Virus record (IMG/VR): IMGVR_UViG_3300033076_001599
Location: 1 to 27,760 of that record
Length of the DNA stretch: 27,760 nucleotides
DNA from: a virus
Lineage: Duplodnaviria; Caudoviricetes
Direction: 5' to 3' (one strand)
Below the pieces are notes generated by a model, which worked only from the letters and a program-made list of their open reading frames with translations, was not told the DNA's origin and did not search any database. The translations under genes were made by a program, and so were the position numbers. Position 1 is the first letter of the stretch. The number at the start of each line of letters is the position of its first letter. Of the stretch, positions 1-8,518 are shown piece by piece.

Positions 1-91
1 TCGGTAGCACCATCCCATCGATATACCCCACAAGGATGGGACGATTCTGAATTCTCCGTTCCAGAACGGGGAGAATCCCGGGGATGGTGAG

Positions 92-128
92 GTGGTAGGT
101 TCATCCATTCATCCCATTTCGAGGGCAC
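92..128 (-). repeat. 37-nt dispersed repeat, copy 1
   Basis: Minus strand reads GTGCCCTCGAAATGGGATGAATGGATGAACCTACCAC. Similarity to copy 4 extends further: 100..151 matches the reverse complement of 16242..16293 at 47/52 nt. Confidence 0.95.
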
Positions 129-198
129 GGATGAACCCGAGTGGGTCGTCCATCCACAACGGGTACGTTCCGCCTGTTCGACGGACCTGCGTTGGAAT

Positions 199-456
199 AT
201 GGAGATCTGCAGGAAAGGAATGAATCACATGAAAGCGACCGGAACGAAGGCACCGAAAGCGCGCGAACCACGTCGACCACGACCGGTGATGGGCCTGCAG
301 AGCCATCGCATCGCGCTGGATCTGATGGTGGATGCAATGAAGGGTGCAGGCGCATCGGGTGATGAGGGAGCAAGCGCGATCTTGACCTCATACGTGAAGA
401 GTCTGAGACGCAAGATGAAGAAATGGGAGAGGGTGCGGATCGAATACGAAGAGTGA
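199..456 (+). CDS. small basic hypothetical protein
   Basis: ORF ends immediately next to the stop of the convergent deformylase gene (456/457). A purine-rich RBS-like stretch (AGGAAAGGA) suggests the true start may be ATG 220 or 229. Confidence 0.55.
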   Translation: MEICRKGMNHMKATGTKAPKAREPRRPRPVMGLQSHRIALDLMVDAMKGAGASGDEGASAILTSYVKSLRRKMKKWERVRIEYEE

Positions 457-1038
457 TCACTTCGGGCGGCGGCAGCGCAACATCTCACCCCGGGTTGCGG
501 CCCGGGTGATGAGAAGACCGTCGAGGTGATCATATTCGTGTTGGATGCAGCGTGCCGGGATCCCCACGAAGCTGTGAACGAATGGACGATGATCTCGCAA
601 GTCCCACGCGGTGACACAGATCTCATCGAATCGTTCAATGAGCGGGGAGATTCGCGGCACGCACCCACAACCCTCCGGAGCGAGCGTTCGATCGTCTCGG
701 GTGACATGCAATCGTGGGTTGATGAAGACCCGCGGGACATTGGGGTCGACGCCGCACTTCACCGGATCGATCACAAAGAGCCGCAGCGACACCCCAACAG
801 CAGGTCCAGAGATCCCATAGAGATCCCGAGTCTCACATAGATCAATCATGTCGACGATGAGCTGGCGGAGAACCTTCCCTTCGTCGGTCTCACCCTCCAT
901 GATCCATGAGTGAGGCACGTCTTCTGCTCTCCCGAAGAGATCGCTGTGTGGCCAGGTTCGGATCACCAGTGGATTTGCACGAGATGGGTCAACGACGAGA
1001 GGAGATGCGGGTATTCTGAAAAAGTCTGAGACGTTCAT
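457..1038 (-). CDS. def: peptide deformylase-like protein (divergent)
   Basis: Motifs in PDF order: VIRTWP N-terminal strand, degenerate motif 1 (LYGISGPAVG), VFINPR, motif 2 EGCGCVP, motif 3 ARCIQHEYDHLDG. Start uncertain (ATG 1038 or GTG 966); the longer ORF to 1173 overlaps a promoter-like region and a plus-strand gene. Confidence 0.9.
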   Translation of the reverse strand: MNVSDFFRIPASPLVVDPSRANPLVIRTWPHSDLFGRAEDVPHSWIMEGETDEGKVLRQLIVDMIDLCETRDLYGISGPAVGVSLRLFVIDPVKCGVDPNVPRVFINPRLHVTRDDRTLAPEGCGCVPRISPLIERFDEICVTAWDLRDHRPFVHSFVGIPARCIQHEYDHLDGLLITRAATRGEMLRCRRPK

Positions 1039-1102
1039 CCAACTAGATATCTTTTCCGCGCAAAAAGTGCGGAATATTCGGACTCTCGCAATAGATATTC
1101 GA
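1010..1102. promoter_or_regulatory. AT-rich divergent promoter-like region with motifs shared with 24950..24991
   Basis: Lies between divergent genes. Contains TTCTGAAAAAGT (1014..1025), AAAAAGTGC (1062..1070), ATATTCGGACTCTCGCAA (1074..1091) and ATAGATATTCG (1091..1101), all recurring near 24.95 kb. Confidence 0.6.
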
Positions 1103-1258
1103 ATGAAGAAGAAATATCGAAAGAAATCTGTTTCACTCCGCGAATTGAAGACCCTCCTCTCTTCGCCCGACAATGATGGGTTCTATGTTGTCGAGTCTTT
1201 CTCACAAGTCGATGCGATCCTCAACAGGGTGGCAGCCTTCCTGGAGGAGCGAGAATGA
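1103..1258 (+). CDS. small hypothetical protein with Lys-rich N-terminus
   Basis: Begins MKKKYRKK; ATGA overlap with the next gene at 1255..1258 suggests translational coupling. Confidence 0.6.
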   Translation: MKKKYRKKSVSLRELKTLLSSPDNDGFYVVESFSQVDAILNRVAAFLEERE

Positions 1259-1536
1259 ATCCTATATTCCTATACGTGATCGGATTCATCGCAACGTTCA
1301 CAATCCTTTCGCTCGTGTTGCGACACCGATCCCACACGAATGGATCACGGAGCACAGGACATGCCTCCCGCCCCCCTGTTCGTCGTCGCAAGACGACATG
1401 GAATGAGGAAGAGATCGACGCGATGCGAAAATTGAGAAGCGCGGGCATGTCATATCGACAAGTTGCGCGGGTATTTCGCACGTCCCATCCCACGATCATG
1501 CGCGTTTTGGAGAAGCATGAGCCTCGCACGAGGTGA
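1255..1536 (+). CDS. membrane-anchored helix-turn-helix protein
   Basis: N-terminal hydrophobic helix (IFLYVIGFIATFTILSLVL), basic linker, then WNEEEIDAMRKLRSAGMSYRQVARVFRTSHPTIMRVL, a three-helix HTH pattern. GGAGGAG RBS upstream. Confidence 0.8.
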   Translation: MNPIFLYVIGFIATFTILSLVLRHRSHTNGSRSTGHASRPPVRRRKTTWNEEEIDAMRKLRSAGMSYRQVARVFRTSHPTIMRVLEKHEPRTR

Positions 1537-1783
1537 TATCGTGCTCACTGAGCACACGACAATCACGCTCTCGCCGACAACACAACCCGGCACAGCGCAA
1601 CGTCATTCGCTGATGTCGAGCGGAGATGTTGGAATCGTTGTGGAGATCGCTGCATATCCGGACGAGCGGATGATGTCCTGGACGGGCCCGCTGATTCTCG
1701 TTCTCACGCCCCATGCGTTGGGATGGACATATGAGAGGAACCTTTTGAAGGGTCACAGAGAACGGTCAACCGACAGGAGGTAG
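1517..1783 (+). CDS. hypothetical protein, possible SH3/KOW-like beta-barrel
   Basis: GGAG RBS before ATG 1517. Pattern LARGDIV...GDVGIVVEI...ILVL...GW...NL is typical of small SH3-like phage proteins. Confidence 0.6.
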   Translation: MSLARGDIVLTEHTTITLSPTTQPGTAQRHSLMSSGDVGIVVEIAAYPDERMMSWTGPLILVLTPHALGWTYERNLLKGHRERSTDRR

Positions 1784-1813
1784 GTTTCCCCATTCATCCC
1801 ATTTCGAGGGCAC
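1777..1813 (-). repeat. 37-nt dispersed repeat, copy 2
   Basis: Minus strand reads GTGCCCTCGAAATGGGATGAATGGGGAAACCTACCTC. It fills the gap between two convergent genes and begins 6 nt after the TGA at 1820. Confidence 0.95.
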
Positions 1814-1819
1814 GATGGG

Positions 1820-2098
1820 TCACTGGATGACACTGAGCAACGATCCTGCGCTGCCCGTTGCGATTGCAATGATGATGACGAGGAGCGTCTTCCAGTTTTC
1901 CTTCACAAACGCGCCGGTTCCAATGACAACCTTTTCGAGCAGGGTCGGCCGGAGCAGGATCTCCTTCAATTCGTTGATCCGCGCGTCATTCACGTCTTTC
2001 ATGTCACGGATGTCAACCCGCAGCTCCGTGAGACGGTCTTCGATTCGCTCGTACTTCTCTTCGACTCTGACGAGTCGCTCTCTTTCTTCAATGTTCAT
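1820..2098 (-). CDS. putative holin / XhlA-like membrane protein
   Basis: Charged coiled-coil N-terminus (RLVRVEEKYERIEDRLTEL) plus C-terminal hydrophobic helix (WKTLLVIIIAIATG). Last gene of the structural operon. Confidence 0.55.
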   Translation of the reverse strand: MNIEERERLVRVEEKYERIEDRLTELRVDIRDMKDVNDARINELKEILLRPTLLEKVVIGTGAFVKENWKTLLVIIIAIATGSAGSLLSVIQ

Positions 2099-2107
2099 GC
2101 CCACACC

Positions 2108-4441
2108 TCAAGTCGTCCTGTTCCCCGAGCTCGTTGTTGTCCCGCCCCCTGCGTCGGATACGGCGCCCGTTGCGCCGCCATAGAAGACGTCATTCCCCCA
2201 AACGCTGTTCTGCACGCAGCCTGGATTGATCCTGATTCCATACCTCGGGCGATTCACTGCAACGATCTCGATCGTCGACTGAGTCGTGCTGTTCTGCGTG
2301 TATCGCGCCGGTGGAGTCGTGAATGAGCCGCTCACTGTGAGGGTTCGCGTCGCTCCGTCATAGTCGACAACAGTGTGCCCGTACTGGCCTGAACCAGAGC
2401 CACTCACCACATTCACGATCATCCCATTGAAGATGTCATCGACGGCGGGTGAGAGCTCTGTTGGAAGTCTGATCGTCGTCGAGGTCGACCCACTGACCGG
2501 CCCACCATACACGCGGAACCCACAGATCTCGATCGTCGATGTCGCATCCGGGGCGCTGCTCAAGAGAGTCCCACCGTGGGATGTGCTCCACTTGACCTGT
2601 GCAACCCGTGTCGTTCCGTTGTAGCTCGTGATCGTGCCGCTGTTGCCCGACTGCGTTCCAGCAATGATTCGCAACGTCATTCCCTTGTACATGTCAGTGA
2701 CCGCAGCAGACCCGCTGCTCAATTCGACCGCAGATGTTGACGATCCGGCAGCCATCGCAGTCCCGTGGAAGAATGAGGGAGACTGGAATGAAGAGTTGCC
2801 AACCACCGAGTTGAAGCTCGAGCTCGTTTCCAAGATCACGCCATCACCTGCGTTGTCGAGGATCTGACTGTTGGCGATCACGGTGTTTCCCACCACGCGA
2901 TTTCCCCGGCTGTTCCCTGTGAGACGTATCCCTTCTTGTCTGTTCCCACCGGCGGTGCACGATTCGACTGTCGCGTTCGAACACCCAGACAGGTCAATCC
3001 CTCTGAGGTTGTTCGCAATCGCTGAGCAGCGGCTCACAGTGATCACGCTCGTTGTGCTGCCATGAGTGTTGCTCAACGAATTGAGAGAGAATCCAGATCC
3101 AGCATTCCACCGCGCAGTGCAGCTCACAAGACAGGTCTCTTCGCGGCCGCCAACAGCCGAGAAGCCCGATGAGTCGTTGCTCTCGGCGATGCAGCGATCG
3201 AACTTCACGTTGCCCGCTCCATAGAAGCCGTACGTCCCATTCTCATTCGCTCGACACGAGGTGATCTCTCCACCATCGACGGTCATCGCAATCCCAATGA
3301 GACCATTTCGTGAAGCTTCACATCCATCGAGCTTCACCCTCGCCGTCACGCCGTAGTAGGGCGATTGACCAAGAAATCCCGTCTCAATGTTGTCGTTGAA
3401 CTTGCATCGAACGAACTCGATGTCGCTTCCAACACCCATCGCATTCATTTCAACATCGAAGCCTGCTTTTGGACGCTCAACGACACCGTTCTCGCTGAAC
3501 TCACAATCGATGAACTTGACACCCTTCACTTGTCCGGTGATCGATCCGCCGTTTCGACCTGAGTGAGTCGACCGGACACCCTGGAATGTGAGGTCTTCGA
3601 TGAACGAAGCATTCCCTCCAATGTAGATCCCATCATAGCGGGCACCCTTCACGGTGATGTCCGAGAACCTGATCTTCGAGCAGGTGTCTCCCTCATTCTG
3701 AACGTTGACGCCGATGCCGAATCCGACCATCGAGCTCTCCGCCGAGCTGCATGACACGAACAAGCCGTTGCCCTCGACAGTGATGTTCTCCTTGTCACCT
3801 GTCGTTGAATCAACAAGGAAGACGTAGCTATATCCCGTGATCGGGCCCGTCGATATCGTTGAACCGGGTTCAAAAACGAGTTTCGTGTTCGATTGGAGGA
3901 GGATCCGATCAGACCCTACACCTCCCACGGTGTATTGACCAACGGGAACGCGCACAGTTCCTCCACCCATCCCACTCGCAGCAATGAGTGCATTGGTGAC
4001 CTTGCGGGCGAATGATGAACCCGTGAACCAGGTTGACATGAGTTCAGAGTCGTAGAGACGCTTCCATCGCCCCCAGCTCGTCGATCCATACACGAGGGCA
4101 TTGTCAGCGGTCTCAGAAGAACCAGAGACCCAATAGAAGAGGCCCTCTCCTCCGTCGTCAATCGAGGATGACCCAATGACAGCGATGAGTTGGTTGTCGT
4201 ACTCCCCACGCGAAGAAGTCAGCGAAGACGCATATCGAACGTCATAGAAGTGATCGACATTTCCTGGATAGTATGTCGTTCCGAGCGGGTCATATCCGAG
4301 GAGCAGACCTCTCGTGAGCTGCTCGTAGATGTATGGGGTGAGATCTGCTTCTGCACCCGCTGTCGAAAGAGCGGGATCTGTCGCTGTCGGAAATGGGACA
4401 GAGACGCCGGGAGCTGGGTAGTACCTTCCACGCGTGGTCAT
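2108..4441 (-). CDS. tailspike / depolymerase with right-handed parallel beta-helix
   Basis: GGGTVRVPVGQYTV pectate-lyase-like cap and many C-x-A-x-x-N-x-x-x-G-F/I rungs; N-terminal DDGGEGLFYW...GRWKR module typical of tailspikes. Start placed at ATG 4441, right after the upstream stop at 4443. Confidence 0.85.
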   Translation of the reverse strand: MTTRGRYYPAPGVSVPFPTATDPALSTAGAEADLTPYIYEQLTRGLLLGYDPLGTTYYPGNVDHFYDVRYASSLTSSRGEYDNQLIAVIGSSSIDDGGEGLFYWVSGSSETADNALVYGSTSWGRWKRLYDSELMSTWFTGSSFARKVTNALIAASGMGGGTVRVPVGQYTVGGVGSDRILLQSNTKLVFEPGSTISTGPITGYSYVFLVDSTTGDKENITVEGNGLFVSCSSAESSMVGFGIGVNVQNEGDTCSKIRFSDITVKGARYDGIYIGGNASFIEDLTFQGVRSTHSGRNGGSITGQVKGVKFIDCEFSENGVVERPKAGFDVEMNAMGVGSDIEFVRCKFNDNIETGFLGQSPYYGVTARVKLDGCEASRNGLIGIAMTVDGGEITSCRANENGTYGFYGAGNVKFDRCIAESNDSSGFSAVGGREETCLVSCTARWNAGSGFSLNSLSNTHGSTTSVITVSRCSAIANNLRGIDLSGCSNATVESCTAGGNRQEGIRLTGNSRGNRVVGNTVIANSQILDNAGDGVILETSSSFNSVVGNSSFQSPSFFHGTAMAAGSSTSAVELSSGSAAVTDMYKGMTLRIIAGTQSGNSGTITSYNGTTRVAQVKWSTSHGGTLLSSAPDATSTIEICGFRVYGGPVSGSTSTTIRLPTELSPAVDDIFNGMIVNVVSGSGSGQYGHTVVDYDGATRTLTVSGSFTTPPARYTQNSTTQSTIEIVAVNRPRYGIRINPGCVQNSVWGNDVFYGGATGAVSDAGGGTTTSSGNRTT

Positions 4442-4442
4442 A

Positions 4443-5129
4443 TCACCAGCTCCAATCCGGGGACACCCGACCCACGCTGAGATTTCCAACGACGTTGAGA
4501 GAACTACCTCCAACAGCGTCCGGCACCGTGCTCGGAAGGCGCAGGGTCCAGAGATGCGTCGTGCTCGGGGAACCGATCATCGGAACGAGCCCCTTCGCTC
4601 CCTTCACTGCGTCGAACCAACCGAACACATCCGCTGAGGATGGGACGCCGCGTCCACCCGCAGCTCCGAGGATCGTTCCACCATCGAAGCCATCGCCGAC
4701 CCTGACGGTCTGGGATGGTTGTGTATATCCGGTGATCGCTGAAGAACCAACGGATGCTCGCTTCGTGTATAGGACAACGTTCGATCCGTCGTGGACTCCA
4801 ACCGCGAGGAAGATCTTCCCAACGTCGCCCGCTGTGATCGTATATGAGGGGCTCGCGATCGTTGAACCCGCGCCCGAAACACAAGTGAATGACAACGCTG
4901 CGTGGACGCCCGTCGTTCGAAGGTTGTATCCAGCGCTGCCCGTTGTCGTCCGGACGATTGAGCGCGTTGAGGAACCGACACGTGATCCGATCACGAAGAG
5001 CCCTGCAACCCAGAACCCGCCCGCAACGCCCTGCTCGCCGGCAGGTGTTGTCACATATGACGTTCCATTGTTTGGGAAACCTGAGAGGCCAACGAGCCCC
5101 ACAGGCCGCGTGTTCCTTCTTCCTCTCAT
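4443..5129 (-). CDS. virion protein with LamG / concanavalin A-like lectin fold
   Basis: Gly/Ser/Thr-rich beta protein with FWVAGLFVI and IFLAVGVHDGSNVVLY...TVRVG, resembling the LamG-like signature. Adjacent to the tailspike. Confidence 0.55.
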   Translation of the reverse strand: MRGRRNTRPVGLVGLSGFPNNGTSYVTTPAGEQGVAGGFWVAGLFVIGSRVGSSTRSIVRTTTGSAGYNLRTTGVHAALSFTCVSGAGSTIASPSYTITAGDVGKIFLAVGVHDGSNVVLYTKRASVGSSAITGYTQPSQTVRVGDGFDGGTILGAAGGRGVPSSADVFGWFDAVKGAKGLVPMIGSPSTTHLWTLRLPSTVPDAVGGSSLNVVGNLSVGRVSPDWSW

Positions 5130-5130
5130 G

Positions 5131-5595
5131 TCAGCTCAAGTCCTCAACGACAACGATCTCAAGCGAGGCACTCAGAGCAGTCGATGTCACATAGACGAAC
5201 CCAACGACTGGAAGCGCTCCTGGAGCGATTGTGTCATATGATGAGCTGACCCATGACCGCGGTGCAGACGTTGGGATGATCGCTTCGTCACCAATCCCGT
5301 TGAAGAGGGTCACACCATTCGAATAGCTCCCAGATGGGAAGGCAGACGATCCACCGGTGGCCGATCCGGATAGGTTGAACACGAGGGTTGGTGCAGATCC
5401 CGTGAAGAAGCCAATCTGTGCGTCGCAGCCAATTGGAGTGATTCGTGCCCACTTGCCGAGCATCTTCCTTGGGATGAGCGACGCAGTTGACGTTGTTGAA
5501 CCTGTGAGTCGATGGACGGTGTGCACGCCGCCCGGGTCTCCACCAATCACTGCCCACCGCTTTCTCGCGGCTTTCACTTCCCATGAACTCATCAC
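5131..5595 (-). CDS. putative virion structural protein
   Basis: Gly/Ser/Thr-rich beta-type sequence tightly packed in the tail module. Confidence 0.6.
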   Translation of the reverse strand: MMSSWEVKAARKRWAVIGGDPGGVHTVHRLTGSTTSTASLIPRKMLGKWARITPIGCDAQIGFFTGSAPTLVFNLSGSATGGSSAFPSGSYSNGVTLFNGIGDEAIIPTSAPRSWVSSSYDTIAPGALPVVGFVYVTSTALSASLEIVVVEDLS

Positions 5596-5775
5596 ATCAC
5601 ATCTCTTTCTGATTCACCAAGCAGGTGACCCGCTCAGACCCTCCATCGCAGACGGCAAGGGGGATACATGAGGTAGGTATCATCGCGTTGAACCTCAGAG
5701 ATGTCCGCGGACTGTCGGTGCCCAACCCGATATGGCAGAGTGAAACAAGAAGGTGGAACGGGATACCTTCCTTTC

Positions 5776-5913
5776 ATGGGGATGAAGAACTTTGTGAATG
5801 CGTTCTGTGTTTCGTTGGTGACTGTGATCGTCTTGAAGACACTCGTTGCGTGGATCGGTGTGGTCGCGGCGATCATCGTCCTCTTCATCTTTGCCATGTT
5901 CATGCCAGAGTGA
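5776..5913 (+). CDS. small two-helix membrane protein, antisense to the structural operon
   Basis: MGMKNFVNAFCVSLVTVIVLKTLVAWIGVVAAIIVLFIFAMFMPE is almost wholly hydrophobic and ends 13 nt before the convergent stop at 5927. Start 5776 or 5782. A competing minus-strand ORF (5634..5930) exists. Confidence 0.5.
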   Translation: MGMKNFVNAFCVSLVTVIVLKTLVAWIGVVAAIIVLFIFAMFMPE

Positions 5914-5926
5914 ACACCGACCTCAC

Positions 5927-8518
5927 TCAATGCTTGAAGCGCGTATCCGAGGGCGACGTGGGACTCACATCAACATTTCGTCGAGTCTGCCTGGGTCTAC
6001 CTGTTCCCTCAATATCCGAAGACATGGGGTCGGCGGGTGGGCCCTCAAAAAGGGGTTTGAGCCCTGCAATCCGACGATCCGGGATGCTGAATGTCCTGGA
6101 TATCTTGCGAGCGATGTCACGCGGCACGCGCCCTTCACGGAGCCCGATCTCTGCTCGACGTTTGAGCCGGGCGAAGTGTTGGGGATATAGCTTCGTTGCG
6201 AGATCGGCTTCACGGCGGGTCGCTTCACCACGTGCGATCCGTTCGAACGCTCGACCCGGGTCTGTGATGACGCCGATCAGATCACTGTTTGACCTGCGAT
6301 CATTCGCGACAGCAGCAGCAATCGCAGCACGTGACCTGATCGCACCCTCAACGAGCCTCGCAAATCGCGTTCCATGTCGTTCTGCGATCTCGTCGAACAT
6401 GTCCTCATAGGCATCGTTCACCGGACCATCGCCCGCCACGAGTTGGGATGAGGTGTCGACCAATGCAACCCGGGTCTTCTCGTCAATCGCTCTTCCCATC
6501 ACGGGTTCGCGCTCCCTCAAGGGATGGGAAGAGCGTGCAAGCGTCGTCTCAAGCGCTCGGATCCCTCGCTCGAAAGTCTTCCCACTCTCGGTTCCACCCT
6601 TCACAAGGAGATCACGGAGCCCTTCCGCTGCCGCTCGCTTCGCAGCGGGAACGTATGGCGCAGCTTTTGACAACCCATATGAGAGAGCCAGACTACCCAC
6701 AACACCGCCTCCCAGACCAGAGAGGAGCGACGTGCCGGCCTCAGCGATAGCGTCGCCAATCACACTGCCACCTGCTGCACCCAAAAGCGTCGCTCTGAGT
6801 CCTGTCGCGTTGTTGCCAACGCTCCCTGCGACGGCGTCGGTTGACACCTTCTTGAAGAAATTCGCAGCGCGCCAGTCATTCTTCGTGGACCGCCATGAGG
6901 CGCTCCATGTTTCATCGCCGATCAACTCATCGGCCATCGACTCGAACTCTCTTTCGATGGACCACCTCAATTGCTTGAGTGATTCGTTCTTCACCTTCGA
7001 TTCGGTGTTCCAATTGACCATTCCATCGATGTCACGCCGGAGCCTCTGTATCGAACCGAACGAGTCGTACTTCCCCGTCGGACCGGTCCCGGTGAACGAT
7101 CGATCGAGCTCCCGAATGACCGGACGTAGACTTCGTTCGATCTCGTCCGCAAGGCGCTCTGTGCCGGGATTCGCCCGGAGATCTGCAATGTGTCCCCGAA
7201 TCACGTCACCAATCCGACCAGAGTCCGGTCGGACGCCGCGTGTGTCGAGCACGCCCACAAGTCGATCGAGCTCATCGCTGTACGATTGTGCGAGCTCCTC
7301 AAACAACTCTGCACGTTCTGCTGGATTTGTGGGGATCTCAATGCCCTTCTCATTGATCCAACGACCCAAGAGGACGTCTGCATTCGGATCATTCCATTCC
7401 TTGACCGCCTTCCTCGCGGCCGGCTTGTTCGATCCACCGAGAGCTTCCTTGAATCGCAAGTGTGCAGCGACGTCATCAACTGCTTCGAACGCTGTCTTTC
7501 CCTTGAGGAGGCGCTCAATCGCCCTCTTTCCCAGGGATGCGACCTCACCACCAACACCAAATCCAGCGCCAAATCCAGCAGAGAGGAGCCCATCCTCACC
7601 GACACCAAGAATGATCTTCTCCACATCGAGCCCGTCGTCCCCCGTCAAGCCATCTGCAACCCTGGACACTGCGCTCCAACCGACTCCCTCGATCGTGTCG
7701 GCAAGGATCCGGGATCCGATCCGCGTTGCGACTGCCCGGCCTCCAACCTGTCCCGCTGCACGAGCTGCACCTGCTGCTCGAATTGCGTTTGCGATGGGCA
7801 GACCACCTGTCCCAACTGCGGTCGTGAGGATCCCACCGATCTCAGAAGTGGTTGAGACGACGGGTGAGAGTTCCTTTCGCTTCTCCATCGCTGCGATGTA
7901 CTCATCACCCGCAAGGAGCTTCGCACCCAGACTATATCCATGTGCAGTCACACCCTGGAAGAACCCTTCAAGACCCGTTGCAACGACAGATCCCACATCA
8001 TTGAACTCTTCATTCACCTCGTCATCCGTCGCTCGGGTCCACCCTTCACCCTCGCGGGTCTTCATGTTCGCTCGTTGAACTGCTTCAACGCGCCCATCGC
8101 CGGTCTTCATGAAGACGATTGGATGTTCACGATCCCAAGCATCGATCTCTTCACGTGTGGCGACCTTCCAACCCTCACCGATCGCTTCATCGATCTTCGC
8201 TTTCGGAACAATCCCGACGACCCCATCACGAACAACGTTCAACTCTTCACCCGACGCGTCCCATAGCTCAACCTCACGACGTGTGGCGGGTGTCCAACCA
8301 TCCTGGCTTGCAAGTTGCAACGAGTTCGGATCATTCGAGACGTTCCCAATCCTACCACTCGGATCCCTCACCGGGATGATCCCACGACTCTCATTCGCTT
8401 TCACAAAGACGTCGTCTTGGATCGCTGAGATTTGTGGTTCGATCGCACCCGGAGCGAGCTCGGGTGAGGGAATCATTGTTCCGGAGTCGTCGGGATCCCT
8501 GATGAACGGTTCACTCAT
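5927..8518 (-). CDS. large internal virion / DNA ejection protein
   Basis: 863 aa, Ala/Gly-rich and helical with Gly-rich hydrophobic segments; three N-terminal repeats; last of the genes following the nozzle, as in podoviruses. Confidence 0.7.
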   Translation of the reverse strand: MSEPFIRDPDDSGTMIPSPELAPGAIEPQISAIQDDVFVKANESRGIIPVRDPSGRIGNVSNDPNSLQLASQDGWTPATRREVELWDASGEELNVVRDGVVGIVPKAKIDEAIGEGWKVATREEIDAWDREHPIVFMKTGDGRVEAVQRANMKTREGEGWTRATDDEVNEEFNDVGSVVATGLEGFFQGVTAHGYSLGAKLLAGDEYIAAMEKRKELSPVVSTTSEIGGILTTAVGTGGLPIANAIRAAGAARAAGQVGGRAVATRIGSRILADTIEGVGWSAVSRVADGLTGDDGLDVEKIILGVGEDGLLSAGFGAGFGVGGEVASLGKRAIERLLKGKTAFEAVDDVAAHLRFKEALGGSNKPAARKAVKEWNDPNADVLLGRWINEKGIEIPTNPAERAELFEELAQSYSDELDRLVGVLDTRGVRPDSGRIGDVIRGHIADLRANPGTERLADEIERSLRPVIRELDRSFTGTGPTGKYDSFGSIQRLRRDIDGMVNWNTESKVKNESLKQLRWSIEREFESMADELIGDETWSASWRSTKNDWRAANFFKKVSTDAVAGSVGNNATGLRATLLGAAGGSVIGDAIAEAGTSLLSGLGGGVVGSLALSYGLSKAAPYVPAAKRAAAEGLRDLLVKGGTESGKTFERGIRALETTLARSSHPLREREPVMGRAIDEKTRVALVDTSSQLVAGDGPVNDAYEDMFDEIAERHGTRFARLVEGAIRSRAAIAAAVANDRRSNSDLIGVITDPGRAFERIARGEATRREADLATKLYPQHFARLKRRAEIGLREGRVPRDIARKISRTFSIPDRRIAGLKPLFEGPPADPMSSDIEGTGRPRQTRRNVDVSPTSPSDTRFKH

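Noticed and set aside
8-89. tRNA or ncRNA in the stem-rich first 90 nt
   Set aside because: Stems exist (CACCATCCC/GGGATGGTG, ATTCTCC/GGAGAAT), but there is no cloverleaf or T-loop consensus and the context is cut off by the window edge.
121-140. GGCACG as a sigma-54 -24 box
   Set aside because: No TTGC -12 element at the correct spacing in any copy.
2096-2104. Dual-start holin/antiholin motif
   Set aside because: GTG-Gly-ATG lacks the basic residue of the lambda S Met-Lys-Met motif, and RBS spacing favours ATG 2098.
5670-5706. Possible seventh repeat copy (GAGGTAGGT)
   Set aside because: Only the first 9 nt match; the rest does not align.
6453-8078. 541-aa plus-strand ORF and other long antisense ORFs (4393..5241, 5625..6410, 13764..14360)
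   Set aside because: They shadow well-supported minus-strand genes, are Ser/Arg/Pro-rich and are expected from GC-rich codon bias.
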